From: a virus
Direction: 5' to 3' (one strand)
IMG/VR virus record: IMGVR_UViG_3300033146_005170
Location: 1-64,000 of that record
DNA length: 64,000 bases
Shown here: in pieces, positions 38,908 to 47,910 of the stretch
Position numbering within the stretch: the stretch's first letter is position 1
Layout of the letters: the number at the start of each line of letters is the position of its first letter
Notes under the pieces: generated by a model
Told to the model about the DNA's origin: nothing
The model's input: the letters and a program-made list of their open reading frames with translations, nothing else
Databases searched by the model: none
Translations under genes and position numbers: made by a program

Positions 38908-39158
38908 TCTAGCTCCTTTTTTACACTAGTCAATTCTCTAGCTAGACAATTTTCTAGAGCTTCTTGTTGTGCCATATGCTTGCTTCTCAGGTCGGAGTTA
39001 ACGTATTTAAAATACGTACCATACTCCAGTTCTCCCCTAAAATCATACTTATGTACACTATACTCTCTGCCTTCCTTATCCCGGCAGACGTAATTAGGGG
39101 TTATACAGATTACTCTGTAACCCCTAGTTTCGAATTCTTTAATCATATCTTTAATCAT
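38901..39158 (-). CDS. Hypothetical early protein
   Basis: Preceded by the conserved leader motif. Confidence 0.6.
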   Translation of the reverse strand: MIKDMIKEFETRGYRVICITPNYVCRDKEGREYSVHKYDFRGELEYGTYFKYVNSDLRSKHMAQQEALENCLARELTSVKKELEW

Positions 39159-39205
39159 AACTACTTCTCCTTTATTCTCTCAGGCAACATCCAGTTAATT
39201 AGCTT

Positions 39206-39559
39206 TTAAAGCCAAGCAAAGTAGGTGTATCTCCTAATAAGGAATTCTTCAAACAGCGCAAAGTCTTCAGCTGACCAGGAGGCCTTTGTGCTTTTTCGCC
39301 ATTGCTCATAACCTTTTCTAGTTACATAGCTACCGCCATAATCCCTTAAGATGGCAAAACCTACAACAGCCAGATTATCTAGCAGAAAATAGCCAGTTTC
39401 TTCTAGCCTAGTATCAAAGTCATCTTCTCTAATAGCCGGTTGACTTTGCTCCTTTTCAATTTCTGCTTGTGGTAAGTAGAAGATAGCCGCTTCCATGGCT
39501 ATCTTATACAACAATATGCTCTTTCGGCTCTTTATACTTGACTTAAAACAAAACTGCAT
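39206..39559 (-). CDS. Hypothetical early protein
   Basis: TAATG coupling to the upstream gene. Confidence 0.6.
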   Translation of the reverse strand: MQFCFKSSIKSRKSILLYKIAMEAAIFYLPQAEIEKEQSQPAIREDDFDTRLEETGYFLLDNLAVVGFAILRDYGGSYVTRKGYEQWRKSTKASWSAEDFALFEEFLIRRYTYFAWL

Positions 39560-40029
39560 TACTTTTCCTCCTCTTCATATTCCTTCCTCACCTCGAGCCA
39601 TGCCAGTTCTTCGAGCTTGAGCCATTTAGACCCAAGCTCGTCTTTACCGCAAACGGCCTTGTCATCCCAGATGCCGTTTGTTGAAGCTGCAGCAGCGTAC
39701 TTTAGATCCCATCTAGAGTTATATTCAGCCGCTGTAGTTAGGCTAAACTTGTTATGGATTTTATGGCGCATCATAAAAAATATTAACATAAGACCCCAGG
39801 TTTTGTACGAAATATTCGTAAACTCTTTTGCCGTAATGGTAGGGAAGTACAAATCCCTTTGCAGCCTTATAGGCTTGGTCTTCAGCTCGATCAAGCCCAT
39901 TCTCAACAGCTGTTCTGCTGCCTCCTGTAAGTTCTCAGGAATTTTAGGAGCCAGCAGCTCCTTACACCTTTTGTCCAAAAGGCGAGCTGCTTGTTGCAGC
40001 TGCTCTTTTAATCTAGTATCAACTTCCAT
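39559..40029 (-). CDS. Hypothetical early protein
   Basis: Preceded by the 107-nt repeat leader. Confidence 0.6.
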   Translation of the reverse strand: MEVDTRLKEQLQQAARLLDKRCKELLAPKIPENLQEAAEQLLRMGLIELKTKPIRLQRDLYFPTITAKEFTNISYKTWGLMLIFFMMRHKIHNKFSLTTAAEYNSRWDLKYAAAASTNGIWDDKAVCGKDELGSKWLKLEELAWLEVRKEYEEEEK

Positions 40030-40042
40030 AGTTGAATCCTCG

Positions 40043-40149
40043 CTTTATTCTTTCAGGCAACATCCAGTTATTGAGTGTTCATTAACACTATAGAGCACAC
40101 TACAATAGTGTACTCTAACTGTTAATGATCAGGTAATATTTACCTGATC
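40043..40149. repeat. 107-nt structured intergenic repeat, copy 1
   Basis: Matches 40404-40510 with one mismatch. Confidence 0.95.
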
Positions 40150-40394
40150 CTCTTTCCGTATAGGCTATGAAGCTCCGAGATGACTTCGTTAATCATCTCT
40201 TGTTTATGCTTGTAATATCCGGTATTATCCGAATACTTAAACTGACCCTTGCTGTCATAAGTGACAGTCTTGGTCACTTCATAAGTTTCTGGCGAGAATG
40301 ATATACGTATGATATACGTGTCTCCGCTATTTACCTTCATTGCTCTCGTAATATCAAAAGATGTTTTGATGTTCAAGTTATGGGGGATTACCAT
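40140..40394 (-). CDS. Hypothetical early protein bracketed by the two 107-nt repeats
   Basis: RBS in copy 2, stop codon in copy 1. Confidence 0.65.
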   Translation of the reverse strand: MVIPHNLNIKTSFDITRAMKVNSGDTYIIRISFSPETYEVTKTVTYDSKGQFKYSDNTGYYKHKQEMINEVISELHSLYGKRIR

Positions 40395-40403
40395 TTCTTA
40401 CTC

Positions 40404-40510
40404 CTTTATTCTTTCAGGCAACATCCAGTTATTGAGTGTTCATTAACACTATAGAGCACACTGCAATAGTGTACTCTAACTGTTAATGATCAGGTAATAT
40501 TTACCTGATC
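40404..40510. repeat. 107-nt structured intergenic repeat, copy 2
   Basis: Matches 40043-40149 with one mismatch. Confidence 0.95.
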
Positions 40511-40629
40511 TTTCTCAGTACGTAATAAACCGTACTTTGTGAAACTGCCATATACTTGGCAATAATCGCTGCTTTTATTCCTCGGTGGTACATACGGCAT
40601 ATTAAGCCGTTCCTTTTTTGCTTTGACAT
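40501..40629 (-). CDS. 42-aa helix-turn-helix microprotein (not in ORF track)
   Basis: MSKQKRNGLICRMYHRGIKAAIIAKYMAVSQSTVYYVLRKIR; AAGGAG RBS within the conserved leader. Confidence 0.7.
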   Translation of the reverse strand: MSKQKRNGLICRMYHRGIKAAIIAKYMAVSQSTVYYVLRKIR

Positions 40630-40675
40630 TAAACTGTCTCCTTTATTCTTTCAGGTAACATCCCGTAAAGGTTAA

Positions 40676-40765
40676 TTAGCGAAGGTAATTAACTACAAAG
40701 AATAAAACTATGGCATAAAGCCATGTTGTTATAGCAGCTATAGTAACTATGTCTATTATCTTCAT
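40676..40765 (-). CDS. 29-aa single-TM peptide (not in ORF track)
   Basis: MKIIDIVTIAAITTWLYAIVLFFVVNYLR; GAGG RBS. Confidence 0.5.
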   Translation of the reverse strand: MKIIDIVTIAAITTWLYAIVLFFVVNYLR

Positions 40766-41031
40766 AATAGGCCTCTCTTTACTAAGACGCTAGTAACTCG
40801 TACTAGCGTCTTAGTGCTTACATTAAAGCTTTTTAGGTAATTAAACCATTCAGCCATGACTTTCTCCTTAGTTCTTTCAGGTAATATCCTATTAATACTT
40901 AGGCGGGTGCCATACTTAATTATGTGTACACTGTATACACACTTATTAGTCCCCTGCTTCGCCCGGAAAATTTTTCAAATTCTCTAGAAGGGGCTACCAC
41001 TAAATAAGCTTAACATTAGTATATAGGCATT

Positions 41032-42978
41032 ATGAATTTTTTACCAATAAATATGCAAAGATCTAATATAAAAACAGCTGTTAAACCTCCATATTCTGGA
41101 TGGGTTTCTGAATATGCGAGATTTATGGAACATTATCCGGATGTTGTAGATTGGATTGATAGTTTACCAGATGAAATTTTTCCCTTAAACGGTAAAGTTG
41201 CAAGTATCAAATATGACTATATAAGTTTACTAGTAGCTGAGAGAACCATGCCAGATGTACATCATAAGGATAGAAAAAGGTTTAAGATTAGGTATGAGAC
41301 TACTAGTCAAGGGTCATGTATGATTCTTATTGATGGATGGTGTACTTGGTGGATTGAAACTTTATTTCAAGATGACTGGTGTCAGTTCAGTACTAAAGCA
41401 CACGCTGCAGCTGTAGGAGATTTAGATGTTTGGCTAGGAGATAGCCCTAATTTTAAATCTTTACGTCATGATAAAGTTAGTGTTCAAGCTAAAGCTCCAG
41501 AAGGAAATATGTACAACACTGCTCTAGACTATGTAGTTGGAAATAGTCTTTGTCAAATAGAAGCATATAAAATAGTGCCAGATATTTGGACCATTCCTCT
41601 TGAACCAGCTATTAGTTATACTCTTAAACCTAATACAGTTCCTTGGTATAAATTTCCTCCAAGAAATAGTCTATATACCACTGCAGGTAATGCTACAGAT
41701 ATTTTTGAACAAGCTAGCTTTGATTTTAAATGTTTATTTGGTACTAAAGCTTTTTTACCATCTATTGGTAAATTTATAGAATTTTATTGGTATTTTCTGA
41801 ATGAGTGGCGTGGACCTTACTACTCTAGATTTAAGGGTATTTTTGAAGATTGTGTTTTTAATGCTTCTCAGGTAAATTGTACCAAAGCAATAAAATGTAA
41901 CTTCTGGGATATTAACAAAGCTGCTGATCCATATTATAAGATAAATTTTCAGACTGCCGAGGAGTCTACTTTTGCCACTAATTGGGCTAGTATTTTTGGT
42001 ACTGGTCAGTTTATAAATAGTTGTATACGTCAAGATCAAATAGATGTTAGCTATACAGATACAAAAGTAGAAGCTTGTTGGTTAGAGGATATCGATGGCT
42101 ATGTAAGTGGAGAATTAATTAGAGTAAAGGCTATTAAACTTAAAGTTGCAGGTGAACTAATACTAAAAGGAGCTAATATTGAAGATGGGGAATTAACAGG
42201 TTCTAAATTTGATATTAGAGGCTTATACCTTAGAAATAGTTCAATACATACCTCTGGAGATATGCTACTTGATGATAGTCGCTTAATAGATAGCGTTGTC
42301 AATGCCAGTACAGGTGCCTATGCCATTAAAGGTTTAGGTATGGACAATAGTACTTTAAGTTTACAGACTGGAGCTATTTTAGAAAACAGTTCAGTAGTTG
42401 GAGGTAGTACCTTGCTACTTGGGCAAAATGTTGTTTTCAAAAGTAGTGCAGTGGCTAATGGAGGTACCTTAACCATTGGGGAAGGAACTCAGCTAGAAGG
42501 TTGTTTTTTATCAGTGGCTCAAAACACAACTGTAGTTGATAATATTACCCTTATAGGGGTTGATCTAGGTTTAAAAACTCATTGGGGTTATGCAGATGAT
42601 ATGGGAGGAGAGATAACTCATATGGGATTAAGTAGACAAACTCAAGCTACTTATGGCATACCCGTTACAAGTATAAATCTTAATCAATGCATAATAAAAC
42701 ACTCAGATTATTGGGCTTTGACTTCTGGAGCTAGATCTGAATTTGAGCTTTTTAAAGACTATGTTTTAGCCTATGACAAGTTGCTTTATCCAAGTAGTGG
42801 AGGAACTAGTAATGAGGCCGAAAAACTTTGGGTAGCAAAAGACCAAATAAGTGATAGCACACTGCAAGAATTAAAAACTTTAGAAGTGAATATACTAGGT
42901 TGTGAAAAACATAAGTGGTGGTATCCAATAAGCTATCCTTATGATCTAAATACAATAGTTGATCCAAGGAGACCATAG
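41032..42978 (+). CDS. Hypothetical protein with a C-terminal beta-helix-like region, first gene of the late block
   Basis: Periodic small/hydrophobic residues at about aa 350-510. Confidence 0.55.
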   Translation: MNFLPINMQRSNIKTAVKPPYSGWVSEYARFMEHYPDVVDWIDSLPDEIFPLNGKVASIKYDYISLLVAERTMPDVHHKDRKRFKIRYETTSQGSCMILIDGWCTWWIETLFQDDWCQFSTKAHAAAVGDLDVWLGDSPNFKSLRHDKVSVQAKAPEGNMYNTALDYVVGNSLCQIEAYKIVPDIWTIPLEPAISYTLKPNTVPWYKFPPRNSLYTTAGNATDIFEQASFDFKCLFGTKAFLPSIGKFIEFYWYFLNEWRGPYYSRFKGIFEDCVFNASQVNCTKAIKCNFWDINKAADPYYKINFQTAEESTFATNWASIFGTGQFINSCIRQDQIDVSYTDTKVEACWLEDIDGYVSGELIRVKAIKLKVAGELILKGANIEDGELTGSKFDIRGLYLRNSSIHTSGDMLLDDSRLIDSVVNASTGAYAIKGLGMDNSTLSLQTGAILENSSVVGGSTLLLGQNVVFKSSAVANGGTLTIGEGTQLEGCFLSVAQNTTVVDNITLIGVDLGLKTHWGYADDMGGEITHMGLSRQTQATYGIPVTSINLNQCIIKHSDYWALTSGARSEFELFKDYVLAYDKLLYPSSGGTSNEAEKLWVAKDQISDSTLQELKTLEVNILGCEKHKWWYPISYPYDLNTIVDPRRP

Positions 42979-43368
42979 ATGCTTATAGATGACAATATTT
43001 ATAGAGCCTTGCTAAGAATAAAAAATAAACCAGAAACTGCAGATTTATTAGTTGATCCAGAGTGTAAAGAAGACTTATTAAGCCTGCTATTAGTAGACTC
43101 TGATTCTGATGAATTTAGTTTGCAACAGGAATTTGAGTCCTCTTATAAACTAGTTAAAGACTATATTAACAATATGGATAAAATTACCAGTAAAGAGGAT
43201 TTAGATGTTTTAAAAGAAGCTCAAAAGTTTTTGACTTTTTTATTACGGAATGAAGAAAAACTTGCTAGTGTTGAAGAGGTAAAGAGATTTAAGGAGACTG
43301 TTCTTGAGGCCTTAGACGCTGCCAGTCCTGAGTTGAGAGACCAAGTTATTGCTGGATTAGCTCAATGA
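42979..43368 (+). CDS. terS: Probable terminase small subunit
   Basis: Helical 129-aa protein with ATGA overlap to TerL. Confidence 0.55.
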   Translation: MLIDDNIYRALLRIKNKPETADLLVDPECKEDLLSLLLVDSDSDEFSLQQEFESSYKLVKDYINNMDKITSKEDLDVLKEAQKFLTFLLRNEEKLASVEEVKRFKETVLEALDAASPELRDQVIAGLAQ

Positions 43369-44978
43369 ATCCGTATATTACTAACTTTAGGTCTGAACTT
43401 ATGGGTCGATATGGTTTGTTAAGTCATGGGCAAAGTAATTCTGAATGGATTGAACAAAATACAAAGTTATCAGGTAGAAATTTTAGCTTTGAAGGGCATG
43501 AGTTTCAGAGACAGATCTTAGATGATGAATGCCAACATCTGGTAGTGAAAAAGTGTTCTCAGGTAGGTTTGACTGAAGTTATTATACGTTGGGTATTGGC
43601 TTTTTTAGCTAGAAATCAGGGTCTAACTACTATCATGACTCAGCCAACTAGAATGATGGCTTTAAATTTTTCCACTACTAGAGTTGATGAGATAATAAAA
43701 GAGTCGCCACTGTTGAATAATCTTTTAGATCGTAAAGTAGATAGTAAAGAGCTTAAAAAGCTAAGTAAATCATATTTGTATATAAAAGGAACTATAGGTA
43801 GCTCATCGGCTATTTCAGTGCCTGCTGATGCTATTATTACTGATGAATATGACTTTAGCGATATGGCCGTAGTAGGTAAATATAATTCTAGACTTTCACA
43901 TTCAAAATATAAGATAATAAAAAGGTTCTCTACGCCTACTATACCTGACTTTGGAGTAACTAAAGAATTTGAGCTCTCGACTAAAAATCAAAGGCTACAA
44001 AAGTGTCCAAGTTGCAATCATTGGAACAATCATGACTTTTTTAAGGATGTCAAGATATTTCATCCTAAGTTTTATGGTGTGCCAATTGACAATATTCAAT
44101 TAGACGACCTATTAGAGATAGGTCCTGATCAAATAAAAATGCAGTGTCAAAAATGCGGTAGAGCCTTAGACTACACAGACTACACTGCTCAAGAGTGGGT
44201 TGAAGAACATCCAGGAAGATATATTCATGGTTATCAAGTTAGACCTTGGCATACTGAAACTCAGAAACCTTTTGATCTTCTTCGGTCTAGAGAAGACTAT
44301 GAACTTTACTCTGACTGGGTTAATTTTGGTTTAGGTGAGGATTATATTGATGCTAGTCAGATTTTTGATTTGAAAAAGATTACCGCTAGTAGCTTTCCTG
44401 TTTCTGACCATTTTGGGATGTTCTTAGGGATTGATTTTGGTAAGAAATGCTATTTAGCAATGGGCTTTCCTATTGACAATTCTATTATTATTTCTCTTTA
44501 TGAAGAGCTTAGTGAAGATAATGTTAAAGCTAGGGTTAAAGAGTTAATTAGAAGCTATTATATTGCTGGTATGGTTTTAGATGCCTTACCTCAAACTAAG
44601 TTGTCTTCTGATATTAGGAGTTTGCTACCTGGTAAGGCCTACACTGCTTACTACTCAGATAGTCAAAAAGATTATTTTGCCTTAAGAGCCAATAATAAAG
44701 ATGTTTCTATAGCTAGAACTCAGCTCTATGATAAGGTTTTAGGTCTAGATGAGATTATTATAAATGACACTGCACAACTTGAAACCTTTAAAAAGCATAT
44801 GCAAGGAATGATAAAACAAAGACTTAAAGACAATGAAGTTGAAGCTGTTAGATATGTAAAGGTAAAACCAGATCATTATTTACACGCTGTAGGATACTTA
44901 AAAACAGCTATAGATATCTTTGGAGCGAGTCAATCTCATATTGTAAAGCCTACTGTAACCACGACTAAAATGCAGTAG
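43365..44978 (+). CDS. terL: Terminase large subunit (lambda GpA-like ATPase)
   Basis: HEFQ, KCSQVGLTE, IITDEYD, STPT, two CxxC, GIDFG, PDHYLHA. Confidence 0.92.
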   Translation: MNPYITNFRSELMGRYGLLSHGQSNSEWIEQNTKLSGRNFSFEGHEFQRQILDDECQHLVVKKCSQVGLTEVIIRWVLAFLARNQGLTTIMTQPTRMMALNFSTTRVDEIIKESPLLNNLLDRKVDSKELKKLSKSYLYIKGTIGSSSAISVPADAIITDEYDFSDMAVVGKYNSRLSHSKYKIIKRFSTPTIPDFGVTKEFELSTKNQRLQKCPSCNHWNNHDFFKDVKIFHPKFYGVPIDNIQLDDLLEIGPDQIKMQCQKCGRALDYTDYTAQEWVEEHPGRYIHGYQVRPWHTETQKPFDLLRSREDYELYSDWVNFGLGEDYIDASQIFDLKKITASSFPVSDHFGMFLGIDFGKKCYLAMGFPIDNSIIISLYEELSEDNVKARVKELIRSYYIAGMVLDALPQTKLSSDIRSLLPGKAYTAYYSDSQKDYFALRANNKDVSIARTQLYDKVLGLDEIIINDTAQLETFKKHMQGMIKQRLKDNEVEAVRYVKVKPDHYLHAVGYLKTAIDIFGASQSHIVKPTVTTTKMQ

Positions 44979-45033
44979 GCTGCCATTAATTTACTTTGTT
45001 TCATTATATAGCAATAAATGTTAGGAGAGCCAG

Positions 45034-46446
45034 ATGGCTATTTTGTTAAAAAATTTCTTTAAAGGTGCTAAACCTAGTGCTAAGCCTAAGTCTAGATCTC
45101 CTTTAAAAGAAGGGGATAAATATTCTCCTATACCTTATAACTCTTATACAGATCCAAGTTCTTTAAGAAACTCTGGAGATACCCAAACAGTTATTAAAAA
45201 TCTTCAAAATTATGATCCTGATTTTGGTAATGCTATTTGGGCTATCTTAAGGTTTTCAGATACACCACTTAAAATAATCTTTAGAAAAGATAAAGGGGAA
45301 TTTGATGCTAAAAAGACTCTAGAGTTTATTAATTTAATTACTAATACTTGGGTTTCTAGTACTAATGCTCCTAGTCCTCGTGAGTTAGGGACTAATATTA
45401 TTCAACAACTATTCATGTTTGGAGGTGTAGGTGCTGAGGTTATATTAGACGAATTCAAATTACCTACTAGAACAGTTTTAGTCGCTGCGAAAGAGTTAGA
45501 ATGGAAAAAATCTAATGGATCTTTTATACCAATTCAAATGAATCAAGGAAAAGAGATTAAGTTAGACATTCCTACTTTTTTCTATACTGCTACAGATCTT
45601 CATCCTGATCAGGCAGCAGCTGATTCACCATTACTTTCTGCAGTACAAGCAGCAGTATTTAAACAACAAGTAATTACTGATATTCAAAGAGTTATTAGAC
45701 GGGCAGGCTATCCAAGACATAAAGTTACTATTTTAGAAGAAATTCTTAGATCTAATGCACCAGCTAATATTAGAACTGATCCTGATGAGTTAGAGAAGTG
45801 GCTTATAAAACAAAAAGAGAGTATATCTGAAGGTTTAGCTAAACTAAAGCCAGAAGATGCCATAGTTATTTTTGATTCTATTGAGATTGACTATCTATCA
45901 ACAGGTTCTAATACTACAGTTGATTTTAAACCTATTGTGGAAATTTTAGATGGGCAATTAACTTCTTCTTTAAGAGTATTGCCTAGTATACTAGGTAAGT
46001 CAGGTATGGGTGGTTCTTCACAAAATATAGCCTCAGTTGAATCTATGTTATTTATTAACACTGTCACCTACTTGCAGAATAGGGCTGCCAAATTACTAAG
46101 TCAAATTTATACTATTATGGCTAGATTACAAGGTATGAAGGGTCTTATTGAGGTTACTTATGAGCCAGTTAATCTAAGACCAGATCTTGAGCTAGAGCCT
46201 CAGAGATTGGCAAAACAGAATAGAATTTTACAGCTTCAAAGCTTTGGGCATATAACTGACTCTGAAGCCGCTTTAGAACTAGGTATTTTACATGAACCTA
46301 CAGAAGAACTTTCAGGTACTAGATTTTTAGATAGTAAGCCTGGAACTGATACAGAAAACATCTCTGCTAATACTGATCCTTTGGGTCGTAGTATTACAGG
46401 AGGTGATGGTTCTGGGGATACCAGAGGTAATGAATCAAGTTCATAG
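45034..46446 (+). CDS. Portal protein
   Basis: 470 aa directly after TerL; RRAGYPRH, LPSILG. Confidence 0.8.
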   Translation: MAILLKNFFKGAKPSAKPKSRSPLKEGDKYSPIPYNSYTDPSSLRNSGDTQTVIKNLQNYDPDFGNAIWAILRFSDTPLKIIFRKDKGEFDAKKTLEFINLITNTWVSSTNAPSPRELGTNIIQQLFMFGGVGAEVILDEFKLPTRTVLVAAKELEWKKSNGSFIPIQMNQGKEIKLDIPTFFYTATDLHPDQAAADSPLLSAVQAAVFKQQVITDIQRVIRRAGYPRHKVTILEEILRSNAPANIRTDPDELEKWLIKQKESISEGLAKLKPEDAIVIFDSIEIDYLSTGSNTTVDFKPIVEILDGQLTSSLRVLPSILGKSGMGGSSQNIASVESMLFINTVTYLQNRAAKLLSQIYTIMARLQGMKGLIEVTYEPVNLRPDLELEPQRLAKQNRILQLQSFGHITDSEAALELGILHEPTEELSGTRFLDSKPGTDTENISANTDPLGRSITGGDGSGDTRGNESSS

Positions 46447-46458
46447 AAAGGAAATAAT

Positions 46459-47517
46459 ATGGGAAAGAGACCTACAGAAGGTGCTTTTAAGGTAGAAACA
46501 GTATTTATAGACAGAAAACCCACTGCATATAATACTATTTTTTCTGAGGGAGCTTTGAGTCAAGTTGCTAATCATATCAATGAAAATGGCTTGCCATTGT
46601 TATTGAGTCATAACAGTGGTAGATTGCCATCAGGTCAATGGTATGAGGCTAATAATACTACAGAACAAGTGATTGCTAAATTTTTTATTCCTAAAGAGAT
46701 TAGAGAATTTGAAGATGTTAAAACTCGTATTGATACAGGCATTTTAGATAGTGTATCAATTGGTTTTAGTGCTAAGAAACATACTTGTTCTATTTGTAAT
46801 AATGACATAAATAACTATCAAGAGTGTCCACACATTCCAGGTAGAGAGTATGAAATTAGAGATGATCCTAAAGGACCAGTAGTAGGTAAAGAAACTTGCT
46901 ATGTAATTCTTGATGAGCTTAGTGTTTCAGAAGGTAGTTTGGTATACTCTGGAGCTGTAAAAAGTGCCAAAGTTATTAAGTCTTCTGATAAAGCAGAGTT
47001 TTTTGAAAAGAATCACTTTGAGTTTGCTGACGGTCAGCTAAAATTAGAGGCTATCCATACAAAGCATTCTCTACAAAGCTTAAATGAACAAAAAGACCCA
47101 GAAGGAAAATTGATGGATGAGAAAACATTTAAAGAGCTTCAGACTAAGCATCTAGAGCTTCAAGAAAAGTTTACAGAACTTCGTCAGACTAATCTAACTG
47201 TACAAGAGAAAGTTCTAAGCTTGAGAACTGAAGTACAGGAGTATAAAGATAAAGCTGAGAAGTATGATACTATCGTGGCTAGTTTGGAAACAAAAGAGGC
47301 TGAGCATAAAAAACTCTTTGCTGACTTTGCCGAAGCTGTTGAGAAACTAGCTGCTCCTTTTAAAGTTGACTATAAAGCTCCAGATAACTCTGAAGATTTG
47401 CTTGCTGACTTTGAAACATATATGGAAAAAGCAAAAGCTTTGCCATCAGGTCGTCAGTCTGTTAGTGAGCCTGACTCAATTGAATATGCCGCTCCAGAAG
47501 CTGCGTATAAAGTATAA
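46459..47517 (+). CDS. Prohead protease fused to a coiled-coil scaffold
   Basis: LPLLLSHN, DSVSIGF, CSIC...CPH, EGSLV; C-terminal coiled coil. Confidence 0.82.
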   Translation: MGKRPTEGAFKVETVFIDRKPTAYNTIFSEGALSQVANHINENGLPLLLSHNSGRLPSGQWYEANNTTEQVIAKFFIPKEIREFEDVKTRIDTGILDSVSIGFSAKKHTCSICNNDINNYQECPHIPGREYEIRDDPKGPVVGKETCYVILDELSVSEGSLVYSGAVKSAKVIKSSDKAEFFEKNHFEFADGQLKLEAIHTKHSLQSLNEQKDPEGKLMDEKTFKELQTKHLELQEKFTELRQTNLTVQEKVLSLRTEVQEYKDKAEKYDTIVASLETKEAEHKKLFADFAEAVEKLAAPFKVDYKAPDNSEDLLADFETYMEKAKALPSGRQSVSEPDSIEYAAPEAAYKV

Positions 47518-47528
47518 AGGGGAATTAA

Positions 47529-47900
47529 ATGTATCCAGAACTACTCTATAAAGGCCAGTATACGCTGAAAAGAGTTCTAACAATGCCAATGGTGCCTAGT
47601 CTTACAAAAGATGATATAGGTAAACTTGTTTCTCTTGATTCTACAGGTACAGTTAGACTAGCACTTGAAGACGCTGTCTTTTTTGGTGTACTTAGAACAG
47701 TCAACAACAATGACAATATCTGTACGGTTGATTTTTCTGGAGTTCATCAGTTTAAATCTACGGCTGGTATCGATGCAGGTAAAGCAGTTGTTCCAGGAGG
47801 TACTCCTGAAAATGTAAAAGAAGGTACAGGAGCTACTAAAGCTGTCACTTTGACTCAAGTTGCCGCAGGTGAGCTTGTTTCTGTATTTTTTCTAAACTAA
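47529..47900 (+). CDS. Capsid decoration/cement protein
   Basis: Small beta protein between protease and capsid; DIGKLVSL. Confidence 0.65.
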   Translation: MYPELLYKGQYTLKRVLTMPMVPSLTKDDIGKLVSLDSTGTVRLALEDAVFFGVLRTVNNNDNICTVDFSGVHQFKSTAGIDAGKAVVPGGTPENVKEGTGATKAVTLTQVAAGELVSVFFLN

Positions 47901-47910
47901 GGAGCTTTAA

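Noticed and set aside
40043-40510. Integron attC sites
   Set aside because: Stem ends CATTAAC/GTTAATG do not fit RYYYAAC/GTTRRRY, and no integron integrase is present
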